Positions 7,655 to 15,922 of a DNA stretch of 40,885 bases are shown one piece after another. This DNA comes from a virus. A program made the translations under genes and the position numbers. Location: the UHGV virus genome UHGV-0869933; one strand, written 5' to 3'. The notes under the pieces were generated by a model. It made no database searches, was not told the DNA's origin, and saw only the letters and a list, made by a program, of their open reading frames with translations. Each line of letters begins with the position of its first letter. Within the stretch, counting starts at the first letter, position 1.

Positions 7655-7730
7655 TGGTGGCCCTTGCTGGATTTGAACCAGCGACCTGGCGATTATGAGT
7701 CGCTCGCTCTCACCACTGAGCTAAAGGGCC
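7655..7730 (-). tRNA. tRNA-Ile2/Met type (anticodon CAU), ileZ-like
   Basis: GGCCCTT-TA-GCTCAGTGGTGAGAGC-G-AGCGA-CTCATAA-TCGCC-AGGTC-GCTGG-TTCAAAT-CCAGC-AAGGGCC-A-CCA; resembles E. coli ileX and the phage ileZ. Confidence 0.8.
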
Positions 7731-7779
7731 GGAAGCAGAATAATAATGGTGCGTAATTAATTCTGCAATCTCATCCGTT

Positions 7780-8829
7780 TCAAACGATTAAATCCTGAAC
7801 TTCCCTGACTGTCTGCTCAAAACGTCCGGTCTCCAGTTCAACGCCAATCGCACGACGCCCGAGCGCCAGTGCAGCTTTTACCGTTGAACCTGAGCCCATA
7901 AAAAAATCTGCAACCAGGTCACCCGGACGACTGCTTGCGCTGATTATCTGCTGCAGCATTTCTGCCGGTTTTTCGCACGGATGTTTCCCGGGATAGAACT
8001 GCACCGGTTTATGTGTCCACACATCCGTGTACGGCACCTGCGCCGTCACACCAAAATACCGCCGCAGATGCTTATATTCACTCTGCAGCTCCACATACTG
8101 CCGGTTCAGTGACGTATACGTATCCACCAGCTGGTGGTGGGGCTTTTCCAGTTCACCGCGCTGATGTTTCTCTTCTGCCACCCGGGCAAACAGCGACTGT
8201 AATTTCAGATAATCGCTTTCGTTCGGTAGCTGCCACTGACTGGCACTGAACCAGTGCGACACCATGTTTTTCTTTCCTGTGGCATCTGCAATCTGTTTTG
8301 CCGTTATCCCCAGGGCCGCGCGCGCATCACGAAAGTAAGAAATCAGCGGGGCCATCACATGCTGTTTCAGTGCACTGCCCTTCGCCGCATACCCGGCATC
8401 TTTCGGACGATACGGCCCCTGATAATGTTCCGCGAACAGAATGCGCTCTGTGGCGGGGAAATACGCCCGCAGGCTTTCCTTGTTGCATCCGTTCCAGCGT
8501 CCGGACGGCTTCGCCCAGATAATATGGTTCAGCACACTGAAGCGTTCACGCATCATGATTTCGATATCAGATGCCAGGCGATGACCACAGAACAGGTAAA
8601 GACTTCCGACAGGTTTCAGCACCCGCCAGAACTGCGCCAGACACTGGTCCAGCCACTTCAGGTAATCATCGTCGCCCTTCCACTGGTTATCCCATCCCTC
8701 AGTCTTCACTTTAAAGTACGGCGGGTCCGTGACTATCAGGTCAACAGAATTTTCGGGTAACGACCGGATAAATTCCAGGCAGTCGGCGTTGATTAACTCA
8801 CAACTGGATATTTTTACAGTATTAAGCAT
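7780..8829 (-). CDS. Orphan DNA methyltransferase (beta-class amino-methyltransferase, N6-adenine or N4-cytosine)
   Basis: 349 aa; DPPY (motif IV) near the N-terminus and FFMGSGST (motif I) near the C-terminus; no restriction endonuclease partner nearby; sits between Q and the tRNAs as in Stx2-type phages. Confidence 0.8.
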   Translation of the reverse strand: MLNTVKISSCELINADCLEFIRSLPENSVDLIVTDPPYFKVKTEGWDNQWKGDDDYLKWLDQCLAQFWRVLKPVGSLYLFCGHRLASDIEIMMRERFSVLNHIIWAKPSGRWNGCNKESLRAYFPATERILFAEHYQGPYRPKDAGYAAKGSALKQHVMAPLISYFRDARAALGITAKQIADATGKKNMVSHWFSASQWQLPNESDYLKLQSLFARVAEEKHQRGELEKPHHQLVDTYTSLNRQYVELQSEYKHLRRYFGVTAQVPYTDVWTHKPVQFYPGKHPCEKPAEMLQQIISASSRPGDLVADFFMGSGSTVKAALALGRRAIGVELETGRFEQTVREVQDLIV

Positions 8830-8960
8830 GGATCATTAAGCCTGTCTCTGATAGGCTCATTCTGCTTTTGCGCAAAGCAGTGGGCCTGAGGTTTGCTTGT
8901 GAACCCAACGCATGAGCAGATGGCTGGTGGGTGCCCCTAACACCCACCAGCCGCCCATTT

Positions 8961-8996
8961 ACCACAAATAAAAAAGCCTTCACTGCGGAAGGCGTC
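8961..8996 (-). terminator. Intrinsic terminator-like hairpin upstream of the methyltransferase
   Basis: GCCTTC-ACTGCG-GAAGGC followed on the minus strand by TTTTTTAT. Confidence 0.5.
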
Positions 8997-9177
8997 TGTA
9001 ACAACCGAACTGATAGTCTGCCAGACCCGCCATAACCAGCTGGGTCAGTATTAACTGGCAGCGTTCGCGTGAAAGGTAAGTATTCTGCGCTATCTCCCCG
9101 ACTGTCGCCGGTTCGGTAACGCTTAATTCATTAAACACCACTCTGGCGGTTTCTGTCATATCCTGCTGTTTTAGCAT
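8980..9177 (-). CDS. Hypothetical small protein (about 65 aa) just downstream of pR'/tR'
   Basis: Internal ATG with AAGGGA RBS; the track ORF's upstream extension would run through the tR' region. Confidence 0.4.
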   Translation of the reverse strand: MLKQQDMTETARVVFNELSVTEPATVGEIAQNTYLSRERCQLILTQLVMAGLADYQFGCYRRLPQ

Positions 9178-9300
9178 GTCTTTTTCCCTTTTCCGGTTAA
9201 CGTGACACACCAATAACTCTTGTCGAAAAAGCCAGCAAGCTGAAAGACAGGTATTCACCGCCACCAGCGCGTTTACTGTACTGACGCGATTTCAGTCATA

Positions 9301-9322
9301 AAAAACCCGCCAGGCGGCGGGG
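9301..9322 (-). terminator. tR'-like intrinsic terminator downstream of the late promoter
   Basis: Minus strand CCCGCC-GCCT-GGCGGG followed by TTTTT, about 45 nt downstream of the predicted -10. Confidence 0.55.
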
Positions 9323-9370
9323 TGTAAAAAATCTTCTAACGTCAGGCATAAAACGCCCATCGTTAGAGCA

Positions 9371-9398
9371 AATTTACCACAGATTCGGGAAAAATCAA
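9371..9398 (-). promoter_or_regulatory. Late promoter pR'-like (-35 TTGATT, 16-nt spacer, -10 TAAATT) with probable qut region
   Basis: Starts 5 nt after the Q stop; the -10 and start region (TAAATTtgctctaacgATGGG) closely resemble lambda pR' as I recall it. Confidence 0.5.
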
Positions 9399-9403
9399 CA
9401 ACA

Positions 9404-10225
9404 CTATCGCGTTACCCTCTTTAACTGCCGCTCCGCCCATGCCTCTTCAATGTCAAACCGAACCACCAACGTATCGTAAAAGCGTTTCACTGATTTTTTC
9501 CACGTATCAAGCGTGATAGCACTCGTCACTTTGCATATGGCATTAAATGCCTCCGTTGATGGCAGCCTTTCACAGCCACGACCACCACAACGCTGGCAAT
9601 CTCTGATAACAGGCATACCACGTTTTACCGACTCTTCACGATGAATGGCGACACCACGCCCACGGCAATCCTTACAGGCGGTGGAAACCTCACCCTTTCC
9701 GCCACACTCCGGACAGGCAACTTTTACCACCTCCCTGACTTTTTTCCATTCTTCCCAGTAAGACGGATACACGCCTTTTGTGCACTTTGCCCACACTGGT
9801 GGCTTACCATCCGGATACTGGATCTTGTTTGTAAAAACCTCGCTTTCAATAAATTTTTTTCCGTGACAGCAGGGGCACTGTTTTTTGCTCGCCGCGCTAC
9901 GGGCATAATCTTCAAACGCATACGAAGCCATAATGCGCATCACTACCGGTTTTATTTCTGCCGGAAGTTTTCTCAACGCCGCCACACGATCGCACCGACT
10001 GAGTGCATAATCTGCCAGTAATTCTGTTGCCCGCGCCCTGTCATTCATACTGATGCCCATTTTCCCCAGGAACGCAGAAAACCCCATCTCAGCCCGATTC
10101 TGTGTCATGCCCTGCGCGGCCATCACATCAGTGATACTCAGCGCATCTTTTGACGTTGAGGCCGATGCATCGGTCAGGCCAGGGGATTTTGGGGAGTAGT
10201 ATTTCGGTAAATCTTCCAGTTTCAT
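9404..10225 (-). CDS. Q: Late antiterminator Q-like protein (zinc-binding)
   Basis: 273 aa with several CxxC pairs; sits between rusA and pR' exactly where lambdoid Q genes lie; family assignment is from context and motifs. Confidence 0.6.
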   Translation of the reverse strand: MKLEDLPKYYSPKSPGLTDASASTSKDALSITDVMAAQGMTQNRAEMGFSAFLGKMGISMNDRARATELLADYALSRCDRVAALRKLPAEIKPVVMRIMASYAFEDYARSAASKKQCPCCHGKKFIESEVFTNKIQYPDGKPPVWAKCTKGVYPSYWEEWKKVREVVKVACPECGGKGEVSTACKDCRGRGVAIHREESVKRGMPVIRDCQRCGGRGCERLPSTEAFNAICKVTSAITLDTWKKSVKRFYDTLVVRFDIEEAWAERQLKRVTR

Positions 10226-10596
10226 TTTTTGACCTGCTCTTCATGCATTATGGGGTAAATCTTCACCCCCAGACGTCCACCAGATACTGGCTGACCACGA
10301 ACGATATTGATTTCATCAAACTGCTCATCGTCCATTAACACTCCCGCATGCGTCAGCGCATCCAGCGGTGCTTTCAGGATATTGTCCAGGTCGCGACGAC
10401 GCTTATCCGGTGGCTCTGCAATCACCTTTATCGCCAGCCTTCCGGACAGGCTTAATTTCAGCCGCTGCTGGCGAACAATAAGCGCCACAGCCCGGCGATA
10501 ACGCTTTCCCTCCTCCGAGATAAAATATGTGCTGCCACGGCGTCGCCAGTAAGTGTTCACCGTCGGCGGGTAAGGTAAAACCAAATCTATGAGCAT
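10222..10596 (-). CDS. rusA: Holliday junction resolvase RusA
   Basis: 124 aa; LPYPPTVNTYWRRRG ... PDKRRRDLDNILKAPLDAL matches the RusA signature; ATGA overlap with Q. Confidence 0.85.
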   Translation of the reverse strand: MLIDLVLPYPPTVNTYWRRRGSTYFISEEGKRYRRAVALIVRQQRLKLSLSGRLAIKVIAEPPDKRRRDLDNILKAPLDALTHAGVLMDDEQFDEINIVRGQPVSGGRLGVKIYPIMHEEQVKK

Positions 10597-10608
10597 CAGT
10601 CACCTCTT

Positions 10609-11655
10609 TTACCCAAGCACGCCAGTTGCAAAGGCGTGATCAAGAAAACGAAAAATTAAATCAACCTGAGAACCATGCTTTTCTTCGAACGCCAGAGGAT
10701 CCGCATGAAGCTCGTTGTGATGCTCCCGACACAGCGGTAGCGTGAAAATATCGTGAGATTTTGTCCCCATTCCGCCCTGACCATGACCAATCAGGTGATG
10801 GGGATCGTCGGCTGGCTTACCACAACACGCACACGGCTGTGTCTTCACCCAGCGTGTGTATTTCTCGTTAACCCAGCGGCGACGTTTAGGTCGTTTCATG
10901 AAAGATTCCGGAGACTCAGGATCAACGGCAATGCTGACCACCGTCTCTTCCTGTGGCGGGTTTTGCTGGTGGGCGTGAGGCAGCGGCGCAAGATTTTTTG
11001 TGCGCTGCTTCAGTATGCTGGTGGCGGTCTGCTCTCCCGGTACGATGTCGCTTTCACGGTACATTGAGCGGATTTTTTCCGCACGCAACCCCAGCGAACG
11101 ACGTAATACCGCTTCCGGTAGCGCGTCCACCACCTGATTGCGGACCGCCCACCAGGATAATTCAGCCAGCGATAATTCCCGTTCCTGCGAGCCATTCATT
11201 GCATGGCGTATGACGTCAATCATCCATGCAGACAGGTTTTGGTGAGCAAGTTGCCCGAGTGATTCGGAGGTCTGGTCGCGCAGCTGGTTGTCGCAGTGCC
11301 AGCACAACACCATTGCGCCGGTACCATAACGGTGAATGACGGTTTCACTGTGGTGATAATCGCCGTGTGGCCACTGGCAGGATTTAACATGGCGCAGTAA
11401 CCAGTCAGACAATGCGCCAGCGCCACCAGCAGCACGAATCACTCGTTCGTCGCTGAAAAATGGCAGTAATGATTTATCCTCCGCCAGCGGCTGGCGAACG
11501 GCAGGAACGACCCCGGACGACAGATTACGCATGCTTTTCGGTTCCGGCTCCACCAGTACCCGGGTATTGTGGAATACTGGCATGGATTCACGGCCCGGCT
11601 TAACGATCACCAGCCCGAGTTCCGGTACCAGAACAGGTCGAAGTAATACCCGCAC
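10609..11655 (-). CDS. DUF968-family nin-region protein (YdfU-like) with C-terminal HNH-like zinc motif
   Basis: 348 aa, same size and position as Qin YdfU; C-terminal CACCGKPADDPHHL ... CREHHNELH. Confidence 0.65.
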   Translation of the reverse strand: MRVLLRPVLVPELGLVIVKPGRESMPVFHNTRVLVEPEPKSMRNLSSGVVPAVRQPLAEDKSLLPFFSDERVIRAAGGAGALSDWLLRHVKSCQWPHGDYHHSETVIHRYGTGAMVLCWHCDNQLRDQTSESLGQLAHQNLSAWMIDVIRHAMNGSQERELSLAELSWWAVRNQVVDALPEAVLRRSLGLRAEKIRSMYRESDIVPGEQTATSILKQRTKNLAPLPHAHQQNPPQEETVVSIAVDPESPESFMKRPKRRRWVNEKYTRWVKTQPCACCGKPADDPHHLIGHGQGGMGTKSHDIFTLPLCREHHNELHADPLAFEEKHGSQVDLIFRFLDHAFATGVLG

Positions 11656-11656
11656 G

Positions 11657-11935
11657 TTACCTCCAGATGCGTTGCTGGAATGTGCGGGACGGACGCGGTG
11701 GGCGTTCAGAGTAAGGAAGCCTGACGGAGATTATCCAGTGACGATAATCGAGGCTGAGGGCTTTCTTAATCTCGTATCCGTGTCTGCGGTAGCACTGAAT
11801 TAGCCATTCAGCTTGTTCTTCAGTACATGGGGGATGCTGGTACCAATCAGATTTGAATGTGCGGGAACGCCGCCCGTGCCTGCTGGCAAAGACAGCTGAA
11901 TTATCAGAATTGTGTGATTTGGTATTGTGCGCCAT
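11657..11935 (-). CDS. Hypothetical nin-region protein (about 92 aa)
   Basis: Starts MAHNTKSH at an internal ATG; the track ORF's upstream extension overlaps the terminator hairpin at 12014-12037. Confidence 0.45.
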   Translation of the reverse strand: MAHNTKSHNSDNSAVFASRHGRRSRTFKSDWYQHPPCTEEQAEWLIQCYRRHGYEIKKALSLDYRHWIISVRLPYSERPPRPSRTFQQRIWR

Positions 11936-12013
11936 CGTCTTTCTCTGCTGGCGCAGCAGGTGCCAGTTGTTCAGGCTGACGTGCGAATTGTAAACCTGAA
12001 TGCCAAGAAAAAA

Positions 12014-12037
12014 CAAAACCCGCCGAAGCGGGTTTTG
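12014..12037 (-). terminator. Terminator hairpin AAAACCCGC-CGAA-GCGGGTTTT (copy 1)
   Basis: Perfect 9-bp stem with T-run on the minus strand; near-identical hairpin at 13362-13381. Confidence 0.55.
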
Positions 12038-12050
12038 TCAGTACTGAATA

Positions 12051-12200
12051 TCAAGCTGCGTGCTTGCCACTACAACTGCAAAGTGGGATCGGGAAAGGCT
12101 TCCCTTTTTTCGCGTGGCGCATTACACCATCTACACACACAGAGTAGCGAAAAATGATCTCACATGGACAGCCACATTTGCGACAGGTACCCATTGCCAT
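12051..12200 (-). CDS. Possible small Cys-rich protein (about 49 aa)
   Basis: MAMGTCRKCGCPCEIIFRYSVCVDGVMRHAKKGKPFPIPLCSCSGKHAA; weak RBS; could be spurious. Confidence 0.25.
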   Translation of the reverse strand: MAMGTCRKCGCPCEIIFRYSVCVDGVMRHAKKGKPFPIPLCSCSGKHAA

Positions 12201-12367
12201 GATTTCGTTTTCCCTGCTCACCTGTGAATCCACACAGGTTGCACTTTGTTGGGAGAACCACTACACTTCGCTTGTCTACAAAAAGTGTTGTGATTGGATT
12301 ATCTCCATACACTACGGAATGTGTTAGCGCACTTTCCGTCCCTAAAAGCCCTGTTAGCGCAGGGCTT

Positions 12368-12844
12368 TTACATATAAAAATCGAACGACATCTGTTGTGT
12401 TCTCACGCCAATTGTTTCCAGTACGATATCCGCAAATGTATCTGCCTGCCATTCTGCATCCTCAATACGAGTAGGTTCTTTAACTGAAAAGTGTAAAACT
12501 GCTTTGTGTCCAAGAAGCAAATGACCTAGCTCGTGGAAGATAACAGCAAGTGCATGCTCTTCCCCAAGGCAAGCATTCACATATATTTTATTGGGAACCG
12601 TAATTGTTAGAGAAGCGGGGTCACAATGTCCGATAGTTAGATCATACGTCAGAGCCTCCCACTCTTTGTCGGTCCTGACGTCAAGAGTAACCCCATAAAT
12701 TGACAGGCTTTCAAAGAACATATCATAACGCTTTCTTTTGCGCTTTGAGGCTGTAAGACCAATAGCATTACAGAAGTTTATAGCTCTGTAGGCTATTTCT
12801 TCTTCTTGCATCGGTGACACCCTGTTACCTCTCATTTGATACAT
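12368..12844 (-). CDS. ImmA/IrrE-family (COG2856-like) zinc metallopeptidase
   Basis: HEXXH in FHELGHLLLGH; about 150 aa; 2 nt downstream of the XRE-HTH gene; alternative start codons in the first 12 codons. Confidence 0.65.
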   Translation of the reverse strand: MYQMRGNRVSPMQEEEIAYRAINFCNAIGLTASKRKRKRYDMFFESLSIYGVTLDVRTDKEWEALTYDLTIGHCDPASLTITVPNKIYVNACLGEEHALAVIFHELGHLLLGHKAVLHFSVKEPTRIEDAEWQADTFADIVLETIGVRTQQMSFDFYM

Positions 12845-12846
12845 AA

Positions 12847-13206
12847 TTACCCCTCATTGTTATTAATCTTTTGCAATAAATCTGCAAAACTCTTTAGCTG
12901 TTCCGGCGTAAACTGCGACTTAGCGAATCCCGCTACAAGCATTTTCTGTTGCTGAGACAAACCGTTTACTGGAACTGAGTCATTCGCAACTGCCGCTAAC
13001 TCCTGTAACCCTTCAATTTCTACACCTTTGGCCTTGAAGTAAGAATCAATCTTCTTAACCCACTTCAGAGGTATTTTTTTGCTACCAGTTTCTAAACCGC
13101 TAAGAAACGCTGGCGTAGTGCCCAGTTCTTGAGACATAGTCAGAAGAGTACTGTCAGTATCGATCCTCGCTTTTCTAACGGCCTTACCGAATTCAGTGAG
13201 TGCCAT
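12847..13206 (-). CDS. XRE-family helix-turn-helix transcriptional regulator
   Basis: 119 aa; N-terminal HTH (TLLTMSQELGTTPAFLSGLETG); own promoter-like region with CTTGC-N5-GCAAG inverted repeat upstream. Confidence 0.65.
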   Translation of the reverse strand: MALTEFGKAVRKARIDTDSTLLTMSQELGTTPAFLSGLETGSKKIPLKWVKKIDSYFKAKGVEIEGLQELAAVANDSVPVNGLSQQQKMLVAGFAKSQFTPEQLKSFADLLQKINNNEG

Positions 13207-13361
13207 GATTTTATCCTCAATTTGTTGATTTAGCAGACTTGCCTAACGCAAGCCTGATGGGCGCTTAAATTCTAATTCCTAAAATTTACCATATACGAAA
13301 GCAAAGTAAACCTTTTTAGTTAAAAAATCTCCTTTAAGGGAATTTTTTTCACAAAAAGAAC

Positions 13362-13381
13362 AAAACCCGCCGAAGCGGGTT
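13362..13381 (-). terminator. Terminator hairpin AACCCGC-CGAA-GCGGGTT (copy 2), downstream of hok
   Basis: Near-identical to the hairpin at 12014-12037; T-rich tail on the minus strand. Confidence 0.5.
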
Positions 13382-13449
13382 AAGTGCGGGTGCGTTGAGG
13401 ATGCCTGACACATCAGAGGTGGCGAGGGATTTCTCCCCCGCCAGGTCTC

Positions 13450-13605
13450 TTACTCCTCAGGTTCGTAAGCTGTGAAGACAGCGACCTCCGTCTGGCCGGT
13501 TCGGATTCGTACCTCGCAGAGGTCTTTCCTCGTTACCAGTGCCGTCACAATGACGGTTAAACAGATGACGATCAGGGCGATTAGCATCGCCTTTTGCTGC
13601 TTCAT
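13450..13605 (-). CDS. hokD: Hok/Gef-family type I toxin (HokD/RelF-like)
   Basis: MKQQKAMLIALIVICLTVIVTALVTRKDLCEVRIRTGQTEVAVFTAYEPEE matches the Qin HokD (RelF) sequence as I recall it; the track ORF carries a mok-like upstream extension. Confidence 0.85.
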   Translation of the reverse strand: MKQQKAMLIALIVICLTVIVTALVTRKDLCEVRIRTGQTEVAVFTAYEPEE

Positions 13606-13886
13606 AGCCTGCTTCTCCTTGCCTTTCGGCACGTAAGAGGCTAACCTACGTGTGTAGAGCATAGATATGGCCTCAGATTAATGTTAAGCGTCTTGCCGGA
13701 CGCGTAATGTTAACTGGGGCTTTTCTCTATCTGCCTTTTGGTGTTCATGCCTGAGACAGATAGCCTCAAGCACCCGCTGCAATTCTACTTAACTCTCCTT
13801 TTCCCGCAAACCGTTTTTATCCCCAGCGGCAAATCGAATACACCACCAGCGCCACCGCCATCGCAATTCCTACCGTTGTTAATGCT

Positions 13887-14240
13887 TCAGGCCAGGTCAT
13901 CGTAAATATCCTCCACGCTTATCAGTCCGTTCCGCTCCAGATAACTCATCGCCTTATCCGGTAATTTGCAGTCTGGCTTCGCTTTCCTCAGTTGCCAGGT
14001 TAACTGCTTTACCAGCATGGTTAACTCATCGACCAGACGCTGATATCCCACTGGTTTGTATTCATGCAATTTACCGGCTGGCTCTGCTGCCAGCGATACC
14101 AGTGCGATTTCCAGAACAGCAATATCCATCTTATATGTGCGGATGATGTCATGGTCGATTGTGCCCGGTATGCACAGTCTCTGTGCTTCAATAGTCTCCT
14201 CTGCGTGAGCTATTAACTGCTCTCTGGTAAAAGTCGTCAT
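13887..14240 (-). CDS. Hypothetical nin-region protein (MTTFT N-terminal family)
   Basis: 117 aa; N-terminus [15 protein letters not shown] paralogous to 14680-15120 and 14244-14405; ATGA coupling to the upstream gene. Confidence 0.5.
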   Translation of the reverse strand: MTTFTREQLIAHAEETIEAQRLCIPGTIDHDIIRTYKMDIAVLEIALVSLAAEPAGKLHEYKPVGYQRLVDELTMLVKQLTWQLRKAKPDCKLPDKAMSYLERNGLISVEDIYDDLA

Positions 14241-14243
14241 GCC

Positions 14244-14405
14244 GTAGCCCCTTCTTGATATTTTTCAAACCAGAACACAACCGGCTCTGCTTCCAGCGAT
14301 GCCAGCGCAATCCGTGCCAGTTCCATTTGTTCACCACGGGTAAGCCCGTTTTCAAGCGGATTTTTAATGAACAATTCAATACGTTCTTTGGTAATAGTGG
14401 TCATG
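14244..14405 (-). CDS. Hypothetical small protein (53 aa, MTTITKE)
   Basis: My translation: [55 protein letters not shown]; shares the ALASLEAE motif; below the track cut-off. Confidence 0.4.
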
Positions 14406-14414
14406 TGTTACTCC

Positions 14415-14678
14415 TTAACCCGCAGTGCTTTCAACTGATGAGGGGAACAAAATCTTTTCATCAAACCCTGCATTCATATCATGGACAGCAACACACCAAT
14501 CCATCGACGAACGATTATCAAGAGCCTCCATGATTTCATCCATGCGGCGCAGGTCATACAGGTAAATGCTTTTATCGCCAATGGTGTAAAAACCAATTTT
14601 TTTCGGTGATGGGCAGCGATCAAGAACGTCCTGTAATTCGTTCAACCATGCCCGTTCTTTTTTTGTTAAAGTTGCCAT
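14415..14678 (-). CDS. Hypothetical protein (87 aa)
   Basis: Internal ATG with strong AAGGAGAG RBS; stop/start arrangement TGAtATG with the upstream gene. Confidence 0.5.
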   Translation of the reverse strand: MATLTKKERAWLNELQDVLDRCPSPKKIGFYTIGDKSIYLYDLRRMDEIMEALDNRSSMDWCVAVHDMNAGFDEKILFPSSVESTAG

Positions 14679-14679
14679 A

Positions 14680-15120
14680 TCACTCTCCTTTCCCATGAAG
14701 CATAGCGGCGCGGCAGGCGTTCCATATTTCGGCAGCAATATCGCGCTCGCTATCGGTTAATTTGTACGTGGAAACATAGCCAGAGAGCATTTCTACGTTT
14801 TCCGGAGTTGCTTCTTCCGGCACTACCGGCGCTGGCAAGGCAGCGTGATAGTAGAGTGGCATAGTTTTGTACAGTGGTTCGCCAGGACTTCCGTCAACCT
14901 GATTCCATTCTTCAACCCAGGCATCAACAACCGCTTTGCTGGTTGATACATGTTCTTCTGAATCTACATTTTGTCCTGATATACAGAACATAACTGCCTC
15001 TGCTTCCAGCGATGCCAGAGCAATTTCATAAGCACGGCGCTCAATATTGTCTCGAACGTCCAAGCTGCCTATGCGCTCTTTGATTTCTTTAATCAGTTCT
15101 TTGTCGGTAAAAGTGGTCAT
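14680..15120 (-). CDS. Hypothetical protein (MTTFT family, 146 aa)
   Basis: Starts MTTFTDKELIKEIKERIGSLD; AAGGAGA RBS; shares the ASLEAEA motif. Confidence 0.5.
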   Translation of the reverse strand: MTTFTDKELIKEIKERIGSLDVRDNIERRAYEIALASLEAEAVMFCISGQNVDSEEHVSTSKAVVDAWVEEWNQVDGSPGEPLYKTMPLYYHAALPAPVVPEEATPENVEMLSGYVSTYKLTDSERDIAAEIWNACRAAMLHGKGE

Positions 15121-15121
15121 A

Positions 15122-15481
15122 TCAATCTCCTTTGGTACCAATGTTTACAGCCTGGCAAGCCTCTTTGAGCACCCAGTCAACAGCGTCTTTCCATGCTCCG
15201 GTTTCGACTGGCGGATTCTCACGCTTTACCTGTTCATAGAAACGCACTGCTTTAATCAATCCTTCTGGTGTCAGTGGCACAGGCGGGACAGTGAATAAGG
15301 CCTGAATCTCATAGCTCGGCCTGTCGTTGCAATCCTCTTTTGTCGGGACATATTTCCAGTCACCAACCCACTGCTTCCCCTGAAAGTCTGTAACGCCTTT
15401 TTTCACGTAGCGATATCGCCATGCCACTGGTTTTGCCTGCCCTGCCTTTTCATGCCCTTCCTGATAATTAATCTCGCTCAT
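15122..15481 (-). CDS. Hypothetical protein (MSEINYQ N-terminal family)
   Basis: 119 aa; ATGA overlap with the upstream small ORF. Confidence 0.5.
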   Translation of the reverse strand: MSEINYQEGHEKAGQAKPVAWRYRYVKKGVTDFQGKQWVGDWKYVPTKEDCNDRPSYEIQALFTVPPVPLTPEGLIKAVRFYEQVKRENPPVETGAWKDAVDWVLKEACQAVNIGTKGD

Positions 15482-15654
15482 TCATCGCCCCACTCATCAC
15501 AATATGCTTCGACCGGTGTTTTCCCTGCTTCATAATCATCACGCCATGCTTCAGCATCAGCGGCACTTCCACCGCGTAACTCTGCATAATCCATTAACAG
15601 TTCATGCCATTCTTCAAAACTGGCGTTATATTTAGTTGAACCAAAATCAGCCAT
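15478..15654 (-). CDS. Hypothetical small acidic protein (58 aa)
   Basis: My translation: MADFGSTKYNASFEEWHELLMDYAELRGGSAADAEAWRDDYEAGKTPVEAYCDEWGDE; below the track cut-off. Confidence 0.35.
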   Translation of the reverse strand: MADFGSTKYNASFEEWHELLMDYAELRGGSAADAEAWRDDYEAGKTPVEAYCDEWGDE

Positions 15655-15829
15655 TTTGTTCTTCCTCTTCGTCTTTTATTTCGTGGTATGAGTAATTGCA
15701 GTAGTTAAAGAAAATATCTTTAGCTTCATCCTGTATTTCATCTGGTGTTGCATCATCATCCACTTCGAATTCATCCTCGAAATCTCCACCGGCTATTCCC
15801 GTTTCAATAATTATTTTGAATTTTCGCAT
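15647..15829 (-). CDS. Hypothetical small acidic protein (60 aa)
   Basis: Track ORF, very acidic, packed within the operon. Confidence 0.4.
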   Translation of the reverse strand: MRKFKIIIETGIAGGDFEDEFEVDDDATPDEIQDEAKDIFFNYCNYSYHEIKDEEEEQNG

Positions 15830-15922
15830 TTCACTACCGCCCTTTCGGACGGCCTCCTGATGTTCTGAGGGTGCAGGAATCCCTCCGGTTAAGGATTAAA
15901 TTTTTAACAGAGCTAAATTTAA

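Noticed and set aside
13606-14240. relBE toxin-antitoxin genes next to hok, as in K-12 Qin
   Set aside because: The ORFs upstream of hok (MTTFT-family proteins) show no RelE/RelB features.
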